Shown in pieces: positions 45,743 through 55,390 of a stretch of 64,000 bases of DNA; position 1 is the stretch's first letter; each line of letters begins with the position of its first letter. Both the position numbers and the translations under genes were made by a program. The notes under the pieces were generated by a model. It was given only the letters and a program-made list of their open reading frames with translations. It was not told the DNA's origin and did not search any database. The DNA lies in the NCBI GenBank assembly GCA_963823035.1, contig CAWGKG010000004.1, positions 1 through 64,000 of the forward strand, read 5' to 3'. Origin of the DNA: an uncultured Gemmatimonadales bacterium. GTDB taxonomy: Bacteria > Gemmatimonadota > Gemmatimonadetes > Longimicrobiales > Gaopeijiaceae.

Positions 45743-46308
45743 GCATGAGCCTGGCGGCGTGCATCGCCCTGTCGTGGCCCGTGGCCGCGGCGGGTCGCAC
45801 GCTTCCGGCCGACTCGATGGCCGTGGCGGAGAGCGCAGCCGCGCAGGGCTCCGCGACCGACTCGGCCGCGATCCCGGTGGCCGCCCCGGCGCCCACCGAC
45901 TACGTGGCGGCCCTCACCCGGCAGGCCATGGCGGCCCACCTGGCGACCGGAGGAGCCGGCGCCCGGTACGACGAGGCGACGGGATGGAAGGCGCGTGCCG
46001 CGGCGACGCTGTCGTGGACCGGTGTGCGCGTGCGGATGCTCGGCCGGTTCGCGAGCCGCCCCGTCGTGCGGAGCGTCTTCCTTCCCCTCTTCCTGCTGGT
46101 GCTCGCGGGCATCGTGGTCTGGCGGCTGGGCGCGGCGCGCGGTCGCGAGGCCGCGCTCCGCACCGCGCGCGGGAGGCTTCGCGTCATCCGGGATCTGGCA
46201 GCGGGTGGGGCCCGCATTCCGGACATCGCGCGCCGCACCCACATGGCCCAGGAGGGCGTGTCGCTGGCGATGCACCTCTCGAGCCGCCGACCCGGGACGC
46301 TCCGATGA
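45733..46308 (+). CDS. Hypothetical membrane protein with C-terminal HTH-like segment
   Basis: GGAGG RBS, signal peptide, one TM, tail IPDIARRTHMAQEGVSL; overlaps the fliA stop and flgF start. Confidence 0.7.
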   Translation: MRLSMSLAACIALSWPVAAAGRTLPADSMAVAESAAAQGSATDSAAIPVAAPAPTDYVAALTRQAMAAHLATGGAGARYDEATGWKARAAATLSWTGVRVRMLGRFASRPVVRSVFLPLFLLVLAGIVVWRLGAARGREAALRTARGRLRVIRDLAAGGARIPDIARRTHMAQEGVSLAMHLSSRRPGTLR

Positions 46309-46994
46309 GCGCCGGCGGTGTGGGCCCGGCCGCCCAGGCCCTCCGGTACTGGGAGCGGCGCCAGGAGGTGGTCTCGAACAACCTGGCCAACGTCTCCACC
46401 CCCGGCTTCAAGGGCCAGCGGGTCTTCGCGCGTCTGCTCGCCAACGGTGGCCCCGCGGCCCAGATCGGCGACGATTTCCGCGCCGGCGCCGTGTCGAACA
46501 CCGGGCGTACGCTCGACCTGGCGATGGAGTCGGACGGCTTCCTCGTGGTCAGGACGGACGCGGGGGAGCGCTACATGCGAGGTGGATCGCTCCACCTCGA
46601 CGAGGGCGGCGCGCTCGTCACCGACGAGGGACACGCGGTGATGTCCGACGGCGGCCCCATGGTCCTCCCCCCCGGTGACGTGGTGGTTCAGCCGGACGGC
46701 GTCGTCCTCGTGGACGGCGCGGAGGTCGGCCGTCTGCGCGTCGAGCGCCCCTCGAAGCCCCCTGTGCGCGAAGGCGAGCGCTTGTGGGCGCCCCAGGCGC
46801 CCGGGGCGGACGTCCCGCGCGAAGAGGTGAAGATCGAGCAGGGACATCTGGAGGAGAGCAACGTGGACCCAGTCTCCGCGCTGGTGGAGATGATCGAGAT
46901 CCAGCGAGCCTACGGTGCCGTCCAGCGCTCGATCCAGGAGACCGACGGCGCCCTGCAGACGATCACGACGGAGATCGGCCGCGTCAGCGGCTGA
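46305..46994 (+). CDS. flgF: Rod protein FlgF
   Basis: SNNLANVSTPGFK, TGRTLDLA, LEESNVD. Confidence 0.9.
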   Translation: MSAGGVGPAAQALRYWERRQEVVSNNLANVSTPGFKGQRVFARLLANGGPAAQIGDDFRAGAVSNTGRTLDLAMESDGFLVVRTDAGERYMRGGSLHLDEGGALVTDEGHAVMSDGGPMVLPPGDVVVQPDGVVLVDGAEVGRLRVERPSKPPVREGERLWAPQAPGADVPREEVKIEQGHLEESNVDPVSALVEMIEIQRAYGAVQRSIQETDGALQTITTEIGRVSG

Positions 46995-47019
46995 TCGAGC
47001 GACACACAGGAGACTCAAC

Positions 47020-47808
47020 GTGGATCCAGCACTGCGCAGCGCGGCGACCGGGATGATGGCCCAGCAAAGGCGGGTCGAGGTCATCTCCAACAACCTCGCC
47101 AACGTGAACACGACCGGCTTCAAGCGGAGCCGCGCCCACTTCGAGGACCTCCTGTACGAGACCGTGCAGGGCCCGCAGACCGTGGAAGGCAACGAGGCGA
47201 ACACCACCGAGGGCATGCAGATCGGGCGCGGAACCCGCCTGGCCGCGGTGCAGCGCGTGGAGATCCAGGGCCCCATCGAGCAGACGGGGCGGCCGCTCGA
47301 CTTCGCGATCGAGGGCGACGGCTACTTCAAGGTGCAGCTTCCGGACGGGAACGACGCCTACACCCGGGACGGCAGCTTCACGATCTCGGACAAGGGCACG
47401 CTGGTCACGAGCGGGGGCTACGGCGTCTCGCCGGGGATCACCGTGCCGGAGGACGCCGTGGAGCTGACGGTGTCACGCACGGGCGTCGTGAGCGTGTCCA
47501 CCCCCGGCAACGCACAGCCGATCGAGATCGGCCGCGTCGAGCTGGCTCGCTTCACGAACTCCGCGGGGCTGCGCGCCCTGGGCGAGAACCTCCTCCAGGA
47601 GACCGTGGCTTCCGGGCGGCCCCAGACGGGGTTCCCGCAGGAGAGCGGCTTCGGGCGGATCCTCCAGAACAGCCTGGAGGGGAGCAACGTCGAGATCGTG
47701 CAGGAGATGGTGGAGATGATCACCGCGCAGCGCGCGTACGAGATCAGCTCCAAGGCCGTGCAGACGTCCGAGCAGATGGCCGAGACGGCCAACAACCTCA
47801 TCCGGTGA
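47020..47808 (+). CDS. flgG: Distal rod protein FlgG
   Basis: ISNNLANVNTTGFK, FEDLLY, LEGSNV...AQRAYE. Confidence 0.95.
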   Translation: MDPALRSAATGMMAQQRRVEVISNNLANVNTTGFKRSRAHFEDLLYETVQGPQTVEGNEANTTEGMQIGRGTRLAAVQRVEIQGPIEQTGRPLDFAIEGDGYFKVQLPDGNDAYTRDGSFTISDKGTLVTSGGYGVSPGITVPEDAVELTVSRTGVVSVSTPGNAQPIEIGRVELARFTNSAGLRALGENLLQETVASGRPQTGFPQESGFGRILQNSLEGSNVEIVQEMVEMITAQRAYEISSKAVQTSEQMAETANNLIR

Positions 47809-48530
47809 CCCTGATGCTCCGCACGCTCTGCGTAACCTGCGCCGCCGTCCTGGCGCTCGCGATCCCCCTGGGGATCACGGCGCAGAGCTCGGAGGACGCC
47901 CCCGCGCTCCCGGCCTCGATCGAGGCGAAGCTGCGGGCGCGGATCGCGGAGGCCTGGGAGGTATCGGGCGAGCGGCTCGTGATCGAGCCCGGGTCGATCC
48001 GCGAGGGCTGGACGGCCCCGGAGCGCCCCGTGGTGGAGCTGCTGGGCTCGGGAGGCGGTGGGAACTGGGTGGTGCGCGTGGGCGACGGGGACTCCGAGGG
48101 GACCGAGGCCGAGAGCTTCCGGATCCGCGCGGGCGTCCTGGCTGCGTCACCGGTCGCGTTGCGCGCGCTGAAGCGCGGACAGGCGCTCGCGGAGGGCGAC
48201 ATCGGCTCGGTGACGCGCGTCGTCTGGGGTCCGCCCCAGGGCGACGACGGTCCGGCCGCGCAGGTCGGCTGGGTCGCCGCGCGCGTGATCGACAAGGGAG
48301 ACGAGCTTCGGCGGCCGGCGGTACACCCGCCGCTCGCGGTCCATTCCGGCTCGCCCGTTCAGCTCGTCTGGAAGCGCGGCGGGATCGTCCTGCGCGCGCC
48401 GGGACGGGCCGCGGGCTCGGCGGCGATGGGTGAGGACGTGCTGGTGCGTACGGAGTCAGGCGACCGCCTGCATGGCAGGGTGGTCGCCCCGGGTGTGGTG
48501 GATGTCACTGGACCGGGATCGGAAACATGA
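47805..48530 (+). CDS. flgA: P-ring chaperone FlgA
   Basis: Signal peptide, SAF-like segment, V.SGSPV.L...GRA...GEDVLV; between flgG and flgH. Confidence 0.85.
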   Translation: MTLMLRTLCVTCAAVLALAIPLGITAQSSEDAPALPASIEAKLRARIAEAWEVSGERLVIEPGSIREGWTAPERPVVELLGSGGGGNWVVRVGDGDSEGTEAESFRIRAGVLAASPVALRALKRGQALAEGDIGSVTRVVWGPPQGDDGPAAQVGWVAARVIDKGDELRRPAVHPPLAVHSGSPVQLVWKRGGIVLRAPGRAAGSAAMGEDVLVRTESGDRLHGRVVAPGVVDVTGPGSET

Positions 48531-49120
48531 AGCGAATCATGGCTGGTGCGGCGCTCGTCGCCCTGACGCTCACGCCGCTGGCGGCTCGCGCTCAGGACAC
48601 GCTGCCTCGCCCGGCGGCAGGGCCTCCCCTCCGTACCTCGTGGACCTCGGACCGGGTTCCGCTCCAGGTCGGCGACGTGGTGTCGATACTCATCGACGAG
48701 CAGACGCAGGCGTCGGCCGACCGTGACGAGTACACCTCGCGGAACCGGGACCGGGACGTCTCGGTGGCGGCAGGCGCCGGGGGCGGCACCGGGATGGGTC
48801 TGCGAACCCGCAACGACGTGCAGGACGGCCAGAGCGGCGAGTCGTCCCGCAGGAATCGCTTCACCGCAGAGCTCAGCACGCGCGTCGTGGAGGTTGGGCC
48901 CGGCGGCCTGATCCGGATCGAGGGCACCAAGAAAGTGAAGATCGACGACCACGAGGAGGAGGTGACGATCCGAGGATGGGTTCGCCCGCACGACGTTACG
49001 GTGGGACACACGGTGGAGTCCTGGCGGGTGGCCAACGCCGAGATCCTCTACACCTCGAACGGATCGCTGGTGAAGTCCGGGGGCATCTGGTCCAAGCTCC
49101 TCGACCTGATCATCCCATGA
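48527..49120 (+). CDS. flgH: L-ring protein FlgH
   Basis: VGDVVSILIDE, VVEV...LIRIEGTK, GWVRPHD, VANAEI. Confidence 0.9.
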   Translation: MKRIMAGAALVALTLTPLAARAQDTLPRPAAGPPLRTSWTSDRVPLQVGDVVSILIDEQTQASADRDEYTSRNRDRDVSVAAGAGGGTGMGLRTRNDVQDGQSGESSRRNRFTAELSTRVVEVGPGGLIRIEGTKKVKIDDHEEEVTIRGWVRPHDVTVGHTVESWRVANAEILYTSNGSLVKSGGIWSKLLDLIIP

Positions 49121-50238
49121 GCACAGAACAACGCATGCTTTCGGTGGACACCCGGTGGCGTCCCGCGCCGATCGCCTGGTGGCTCTCGGCCGTGCTGTGG
49201 GGGCTCTTCTGGACGATCGCGCTCTCCTTCGGGCTCTTCGTGGGGGATGCGCACGGGCAGGACACCCGCATCCGCGACCTGACGGTCGGTAGCGGAGATG
49301 TTCCGGTACGGCTCCTGGGCTACGGCCTGGTCATCGGGCTGGACGGCACCGGCGACCGCGTCGTGGGCGGATTCAGCTCTGGGCACACGGTTCGCTCGGT
49401 CGCGAATCTCCTGCGCCGCTTCGACGTGGAGGTGCCCGAGCAGATGCTGCGCACCCGGAACGTGGCCGCGGTCCTCGTGACCGCGGAAGCCTCGCCCTAC
49501 CTGCGGCCCGGCGGACGCTTCGACGTCCACGTCGCGTCGGTGGGTGACGCGTCCTCGCTGCGCGGGGGCGTCCTGTGGATGACGCCGCTCGCCACGGGCG
49601 CCGACCAGCTTCCCCTGGCCACCGCGCAGGGCGCGCTGATGGTGAGCGAAGCGCGCGTCGGGGTCGGCCAGGAGTACGCCGTGGAGACCACGGCCGTCCT
49701 CCCTGCGGGTGGTCTCCTCGAGCAGGCGATGGCGGTACCCGACTTCTCGACGGCACCCCTGCTGTACCTGAGGACCCCGGACGTGGCCACGGCCTCGCGC
49801 ATCGCGGAGGCGGTCAACATCGACCTGGGCCCGGGATCCGCGACGGTCCAGGACCCGGGCGCCGTGGCGCTCCAGCTCCCGGCCGACTCGGCCTCGAGCC
49901 CCGCCGCGACGCTGGCCCGCATCGGAGAGCTGCGTGTGCAGCCCGAGCGTGCCGCCCTCGTCGTCATCGACGGACGTGCCGGCACCGTGGTGGCCGGTGG
50001 GGACATCCGCGTTGGCGAGGCCGTGGTGAGCCACGGTGGCCTCACGCTCTCGGTGGGCGGAACCCCGCCGGGGCCGGATGGGGGCGTCGTCGGCGACGTG
50101 CATCTCCAGCCCGGGGTGACCGTGCAGGACATCGCCTCGGCGCTCTACGGGGTGTCGGCGCCGCCTCAGGCGATCGCCTCGGTCTTCGAGGCGCTCCGTC
50201 AGGTCGGCGCGCTCAGCGCCTCGGTGGTGGTCCGATGA
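49117..50238 (+). CDS. flgI: P-ring protein FlgI
   Basis: RIRDL, GYGLVIGLDGTGD, RNVAAVLVTA, GDASSLRGG. Confidence 0.94.
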   Translation: MSTEQRMLSVDTRWRPAPIAWWLSAVLWGLFWTIALSFGLFVGDAHGQDTRIRDLTVGSGDVPVRLLGYGLVIGLDGTGDRVVGGFSSGHTVRSVANLLRRFDVEVPEQMLRTRNVAAVLVTAEASPYLRPGGRFDVHVASVGDASSLRGGVLWMTPLATGADQLPLATAQGALMVSEARVGVGQEYAVETTAVLPAGGLLEQAMAVPDFSTAPLLYLRTPDVATASRIAEAVNIDLGPGSATVQDPGAVALQLPADSASSPAATLARIGELRVQPERAALVVIDGRAGTVVAGGDIRVGEAVVSHGGLTLSVGGTPPGPDGGVVGDVHLQPGVTVQDIASALYGVSAPPQAIASVFEALRQVGALSASVVVR

Positions 50239-50561
50239 ACGGGGCGACGGGGCCCGGGGGCGCACGGCCGGGGACGGATGTCCTCGGGGCGCTCCGCGAC
50301 GGTCGCATCCAGGGAGGGAAGGCTCGCCTGAAGGCGGCCACGCGGCTGCTGGAGGGGACGTTCTACCAGGAGATGTTCAAGGCCATGAGGAATACCGTGC
50401 CCACTGGCGGCGCCATCGCGCCCAGCCAAGGGGAGGACATCTTCACGGGGCTCATGGACCAGCACGTGGCGGACAGCGCCGCGATGCAGTCGGAGCGCGG
50501 CCTGGGGCGCGCGCTCTACCGCTATTTCGCCCGGTCGATGACCGGATCCGAGGAGGGGTGA
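50235..50561 (+). CDS. flgJ: FlgJ, rod-binding domain only
   Basis: LEGTFYQEMFKAMRNTVP...FTGLMDQHVA...GLGRALY; about 108 aa. Confidence 0.85.
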   Translation: MNGATGPGGARPGTDVLGALRDGRIQGGKARLKAATRLLEGTFYQEMFKAMRNTVPTGGAIAPSQGEDIFTGLMDQHVADSAAMQSERGLGRALYRYFARSMTGSEEG

Positions 50562-50562
50562 G

Positions 50563-51087
50563 ATGCAAGCGATCCCGCTCCAGCAGCACGAGGTACGGCT
50601 TCCGCCGACGCCGAACCTGCTCCTCGAGGACGCCCTGAATACCGAAGCGCGCCTGCTGGACGACCTCGTGGACGTGCTCGTGAGTCAGCGCTCCGGGGTG
50701 GCCGGGGACGACCTCGCCGCCGTGGACGACTCCGTCTTCGCGGCGCAGCGCGTGCTGCTCACCCTCGGGGAGGCCCGTCGGAAGCGACGGACCCTGCTCA
50801 AGCTGGTGGCCGGATGCGAGGACATGCCCCTCGCCGACCTCGAGGACTCGCTCGGGCCGTCCCTCACGGAGGGCGTGCGCGACGCGGGCCGGAGGCTGCG
50901 GTCCTCGGCGAACGAACTGGCTGGAGAGCTGGAGCAGAACCGGAGGATCCTCCGCGGCGCCATCCGCACCGGCGACAAGCTCATCCGGGCGCTGTGCGGC
51001 GCCCCCCCCGCCGACGGCGGCTTGTACGGAGCGCCCGGGCGGTCGGCCGAGGCCGGCTGCACACTCCTCATCGACAAGCAGGTGTGA
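50563..51087 (+). CDS. flgN: Export chaperone FlgN
   Basis: Helical 174-aa protein before flgK with N..IL and C-terminal LY...IDKQV. Confidence 0.75.
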   Translation: MQAIPLQQHEVRLPPTPNLLLEDALNTEARLLDDLVDVLVSQRSGVAGDDLAAVDDSVFAAQRVLLTLGEARRKRRTLLKLVAGCEDMPLADLEDSLGPSLTEGVRDAGRRLRSSANELAGELEQNRRILRGAIRTGDKLIRALCGAPPADGGLYGAPGRSAEAGCTLLIDKQV

Positions 51088-51091
51088 GACG

Positions 51092-52468
51092 ATGCCTACC
51101 ATCGGAAGCATCCTCGCAACCGCCGCCACGGCGCTCCGGACGCAGCAGTCCGCCCTCAACGTCACGGCACACAACATCGCAAACGCCGCCACCGACGGAT
51201 ACTCCCGTCAGCGGCCCGTGATCACCTCGAACACCGCGGTGCACACGCCCGACGGCGTCTTCGGCTCCGGCGTCAACATCGCGAACGTGCAGCAGGTGCG
51301 CGACGCCCTGCTCGACGCGAACTACCGGATGGAGGCGAGCGACGCCTCCGAGCAGGACACGCGAGCGCAGCTGCTCGGTCGCGTGGAGACGATGCTCACA
51401 GAGCCGTCGGAGCAGGGTCTCTCGGCCACCTTCGACCGGTTCCTCTCCGCCTGGAGCGACCTGGCCACTTCGCCCGGAAGCGCCACCAACCGCTCCGTGG
51501 TCCGCCAGCGGACGCTCGAGCTCACCGACAAGCTGCACGACCAGAACGCGAGCCTGGACCAGATCCGCCAGGAGGTCGAGTCCCGACTCGACGTGGGCGT
51601 CGGCCGCATCAACGCCCTCATCGACGAGGTCGCGCGTCTCAACAAGGAGATCGTGTCGGTGGAGGCCGGCGGTGCCACCGCCGGCGACCTGCGTGACGTG
51701 CGCGGTCGAGCACTCGACGAGCTGTCGTCGCTCATCCCGATCGACGTGAACCCGCGGGACAACGGCTCCGTGGGCGTGGCGACGTGCGGGTACAACATCG
51801 TCGACGGCGCCGCCGGCCTCACCCTGAAGGTGGGCTCGGTGGGCGGCACGATGGGGATCATGCTCCAGGGGCACGCGGGGCTGCTCAAGGAAACAGGCGG
51901 CGCGACGGGTGCGCTCCTCGACGTCCTGAACACCGACCTCCCTGCCGTGCGCCAGAGCCTGGACGACTTCGCCTCAGCGCTCGTGGACGCCGTGAACACC
52001 GTGCACGCGACCGGCACCGGCCCGGACGGGGGGGCCCCGGTGAACTTCTTCGATCCGGCGGGAACGACCGCCGCGACGATCGGCCTGTCCGCCGAGGTAG
52101 CCGCCTCCGCACGCGCCATCGCAGCGGGGACGCCGGACGGCTCGGGCAACTACCAGGCGGGTGCGAACGACGTCGCTCTGTCCATCTCCGCCCTGCGCGA
52201 CACCGCACTGGTCGCGCTGGGCACGACGCCCGGCGAGCACCTGCTGGGACTGGTGTCCTCCGTCGGGTTGGCGGTACGTTCCTCGGCAGACAAAGCAGAG
52301 GTCCATCGGACGCTGGCCGACCAGGCCGATGGGCGGCGCATGAGCCTCAGCGGCGTGTCGGTGGACGAGGAGCTGGTGCAGATGATCCAGTTCCAGTCCG
52401 CGTACCAGGCGGCGGCTCGGGTGGTCACGGCAGTGGACGAGATGCTGCAGTCGCTGCTGGCGATCTAG
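51092..52468 (+). CDS. flgK: FlgK
   Basis: AHNIANAATDGYSRQ, SGVSVDEE, FQSAYQAAARV. Confidence 0.95.
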   Translation: MPTIGSILATAATALRTQQSALNVTAHNIANAATDGYSRQRPVITSNTAVHTPDGVFGSGVNIANVQQVRDALLDANYRMEASDASEQDTRAQLLGRVETMLTEPSEQGLSATFDRFLSAWSDLATSPGSATNRSVVRQRTLELTDKLHDQNASLDQIRQEVESRLDVGVGRINALIDEVARLNKEIVSVEAGGATAGDLRDVRGRALDELSSLIPIDVNPRDNGSVGVATCGYNIVDGAAGLTLKVGSVGGTMGIMLQGHAGLLKETGGATGALLDVLNTDLPAVRQSLDDFASALVDAVNTVHATGTGPDGGAPVNFFDPAGTTAATIGLSAEVAASARAIAAGTPDGSGNYQAGANDVALSISALRDTALVALGTTPGEHLLGLVSSVGLAVRSSADKAEVHRTLADQADGRRMSLSGVSVDEELVQMIQFQSAYQAAARVVTAVDEMLQSLLAI

Positions 52469-52565
52469 GAGGCCAGTCCTCGGTAGACGACACGGAAGCG
52501 TCGGGCCGGCGCCTCGCTCCTGCTCCTGCTCCTCGAACCAAGAGTCGAGGTTCCGCCGAGTCCAC

Positions 52566-52817
52566 ATGCTGATCCTCAGCAGAAGACCCGGAGACGCCAT
52601 CCTCATCGATGGCGGCATCCGCATCGTGGTTCTCGCGTCCGACTCGGGCGGCGTGCGACTCGGCATCGATGCCCCGTCGTCCATCGGCATCGTCCGGGAG
52701 GAGGTGGTGCAGCGCATCGCCGAGGAGAACCGCAGGGCAGGGGCGACCCCGGAGGACCGCGAGTTCGTGGAAGGGCTGAAGCCCGAACCGAGCGGCGGGT
52801 CGGACGCCGGCTCCTGA
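52566..52817 (+). CDS. csrA: Carbon storage regulator CsrA
   Basis: MLILSRR.GD.I.I...VRLGIDAP...REEV..RIAEEN. Confidence 0.94.
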   Translation: MLILSRRPGDAILIDGGIRIVVLASDSGGVRLGIDAPSSIGIVREEVVQRIAEENRRAGATPEDREFVEGLKPEPSGGSDAGS

Positions 52818-52844
52818 GCGGGCGTCCGCGGGCGTACTAGGCCA

Positions 52845-53537
52845 CTAGCGGCCCGCCTCGCGGGCCGCGCCCATCGCCGGGACCCGGTAGACCACGGCGC
52901 CGGCCCCGCCCTCCTCGAGGGTCCCCCCGTCAGCCTCCGCGAGCAGTCGAAGCGGCTCCTCGGCGTCTCCCAGCAGCCCTCCAGCGTGCCCCGAGAGGAC
53001 GTCGGCGGGCCAGGCGAGGTCGAAGACGACACTTCCGCGCGACGCGCCCACGCGGAGGGAGATCGCCGCCGCTCCCCCCTCTCGGGCGGCCTCCGCGACG
53101 CGTGCCAGGAGGATGAGGAGCACGCGCAGAAGGCGCGCGGGATTCGCCCGGAAGGGCGGTAGCTCCGCGGCGAGCTGCGCCTCCACCTCGACGTCGCCGA
53201 GCCCCCGATGCCGTCGGTGCGCCGCCAGGGCGCGGTCGATCGCGTCCCGCGGAAGGAGCGGCTCCGCGACGCCCTCCACGTCACCGTAGAACGAGCGCAT
53301 GATCTCCACGGTGGCCAGCAGGCGTCGGACCTCGGCATCCAGGTAGTCGATCATGGGCGTCTCCCGTGGACCGTCCTCGCGCAGGAGGTGGAGGAGCCCG
53401 TCCAGGCTCGAAGCCCGGCCGTTCAGGTCGTGGCAGAGGCCTTCGTGGATCTCGTTGAGCACTCGGAGCCATCCGGCCCGTGCGAGAAGGACGGCGTGGG
53501 TGGCCGAATCGCGAGGACCTGCACGGTGTTCGCTCAC
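52845..53537 (-). CDS. ChpT-like histidine phosphotransferase (degenerate kinase fold)
   Basis: GTG start with GGAG; LCHDLN H-box followed by a HATPase-like domain with no N/G1/G2 boxes; no sensor or TM domain. Confidence 0.7.
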   Translation of the reverse strand: MSEHRAGPRDSATHAVLLARAGWLRVLNEIHEGLCHDLNGRASSLDGLLHLLREDGPRETPMIDYLDAEVRRLLATVEIMRSFYGDVEGVAEPLLPRDAIDRALAAHRRHRGLGDVEVEAQLAAELPPFRANPARLLRVLLILLARVAEAAREGGAAAISLRVGASRGSVVFDLAWPADVLSGHAGGLLGDAEEPLRLLAEADGGTLEEGGAGAVVYRVPAMGAAREAGR

Positions 53538-53659
53538 TCGGACTCCAGAAATGGGTCGGGGATGCCGAGACTCAAGATCGCGGAAGGAGTCCGCAATCGC
53601 GGTCCACGGGCGCAATCTACACGCCCGTACCAGGCAAGGAAGCCAAGAGAGGCCGAGCC

Positions 53660-54526
53660 GTGTTCCTCATCATCGGGCTCGCCGTTGTCTTCGGCAGCAT
53701 CGTCGTCGGTTACACGATGCACGGAGGACAGCTGGCGGTTCTCATCCAGGTCAACGAGCTGATCATCATCGGTGGTGCCGGTCTGGGCGCCATCGTGATC
53801 GGAAACAGCCCGTCGACGGTGAAGGACATCGCGATCCAGACGCTGGCCCTCCTCAAGCCCAACCCCTTCAACCGCACGACGTTCACCGAGCTCCTCCAGG
53901 TGCTCTACGACGTCTTCTACGCCGCCCGAAAGGACGGTCTGGTCGGCATCGAGTCCCACGTCGAGAACCCCGAGGAGAGCGAGCTCTTCGCAAAGTACGC
54001 GAGCTTCCACAACAACCACCACGCCGTCGCCTTCCTGGCCGACACCATGAAGGTGCTCCTGACGGGGGCCGTGGACGACCACCACCTCTCCGAGATCCTC
54101 GAGCTGGATCTCGAGCAGCAGCACAACGAGGCGATGGCGATCCCCCTCGCGCTGCAGACGCTCTCCGACGCCATGCCCGGATTCGGGATCGTGGCGGCGG
54201 TGCTCGGCGTGATCAACACGATGGGCAAGATCGGCGGTGCGCCCGAAGTCGTCGGTGAGAGCGTCGCGGCCGCCCTGGTCGGCACGTTCCTCGGCGTGCT
54301 CCTCGCGTACGGCGTCATCGGTCCGATCGCCGCGGCGATCCAGAGCCGGGTCGCGGCGGAGGAGCGCTACATGGCGACCATCCGCACGGCCCTCCTCTCG
54401 TTCTCGCGCGGCGACCCCCCGATCACGTCGGTGGAATTCGCGCGGCGCAACATCGAGCCGGGCGTCCGTCCCTCCTTCGGCGAGCTGGAAGAGATGACCC
54501 GCCGCCGCGGAAGGAGCGAGTCATGA
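53660..54526 (+). CDS. motA: Stator protein MotA
   Basis: ARKDGLVGIE, MPGFGIVAAVLG, AALVGTFLG, VEFARR. Confidence 0.96.
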   Translation: MFLIIGLAVVFGSIVVGYTMHGGQLAVLIQVNELIIIGGAGLGAIVIGNSPSTVKDIAIQTLALLKPNPFNRTTFTELLQVLYDVFYAARKDGLVGIESHVENPEESELFAKYASFHNNHHAVAFLADTMKVLLTGAVDDHHLSEILELDLEQQHNEAMAIPLALQTLSDAMPGFGIVAAVLGVINTMGKIGGAPEVVGESVAAALVGTFLGVLLAYGVIGPIAAAIQSRVAAEERYMATIRTALLSFSRGDPPITSVEFARRNIEPGVRPSFGELEEMTRRRGRSES

Positions 54527-55389
54527 CCGGCCGACCCGGAACCGACGATCGCAAGAAGGTGATCATCGTCAAGAAGAAGAAGGCGGCGCACGGCGGCCAC
54601 CACGGAGGCTCGTGGAAGGTCGCGTACGCCGACTTCGTGACCGCGATGATGGCCTTCTTCCTCGTGATGTGGATCATGACGATGGACCAGGGCGTCAAGG
54701 ACCTGGTCCAGGGCTACTTCCAGAACCCGGTCGGCTTCAAGCATGCGTTCTCGGGAGGCGCCAACCCGCTCTCCTCCGGGAACTTCGTCAAGAACATGGA
54801 CATCAAGCGCACGGTCATCCTCAACCGGCGCAAGCAGGAGGAGCGCTTCAAGTCCGCGGCCGGCGAAATCCTCGAACGCATCGACCAGCAGGGCATCATG
54901 GAGGGGCTCGACGCCGCCGTGGAGGTCGTGGTCACGGACCAGGGGCTGCGGATCGAGCTGATGGAAACCGGGCGCGGAGAGGTCTTCTTCGACAAGGCGT
55001 CGTCCCTGCTCAAGCCCGCCCTCCAGGACGTGCTCGGCGTGGTCGGGAGCGTCCTCAATGGGGTGCCCGGCGAGATCGTCGTGGAGGGTCATACGGACGC
55101 CCTCCGCTATGGGGGCCTGAAATACTCCAACTGGGAGCTGTCCGTCGACCGCGCCAACGCCGCCCGTCGCGCCATGGAGGTCGGCGGACTCGAGGATGGC
55201 CGGATCACCGAAGTCAGGGGCTACGCCGATCGGCAGCTGAAGATCGGCGACGCTCCGCTCGACCCACGCAACCGACGCATCTCCGTGCTCCTTCCGTTCG
55301 AAGAGATGTCACTGGAAACCCTGCACCTGCCCGAAACAGGTCTCGACGCTGCCCTGAGTGCGATGGGCAGCTCGGGCGCCGGAGGCTGA
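54523..55389 (+). CDS. motB: Stator protein MotB
   Basis: WKVAYADFVTAMMAFF, EGHTD, NWELS, NRRI. Confidence 0.96.
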   Translation: MTGRPGTDDRKKVIIVKKKKAAHGGHHGGSWKVAYADFVTAMMAFFLVMWIMTMDQGVKDLVQGYFQNPVGFKHAFSGGANPLSSGNFVKNMDIKRTVILNRRKQEERFKSAAGEILERIDQQGIMEGLDAAVEVVVTDQGLRIELMETGRGEVFFDKASSLLKPALQDVLGVVGSVLNGVPGEIVVEGHTDALRYGGLKYSNWELSVDRANAARRAMEVGGLEDGRITEVRGYADRQLKIGDAPLDPRNRRISVLLPFEEMSLETLHLPETGLDAALSAMGSSGAGG

Positions 55390-55390
55390 C

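Noticed and set aside
44917..46308. FliA fused to a membrane protein (463 aa)
   Set aside because: FliA region 4 lies in another frame ending at 45742; a frameshift near 45500 creates the chimera.
52516..52534. CTCCTG-type short repeat before csrA (CAGGAG on the minus strand)
   Set aside because: Only about three units, and the GGA motifs are antisense to the flgK-csrA transcript.
53572..53630. Possible sigma28 (TCAAG...TCCGCAAT) and sigma54 (TGGTAC, minus strand) sites between the chpT-like gene and motA
   Set aside because: The sigma28 spacer is short with a poor -10, and the sigma54 candidate lacks GC at -12.
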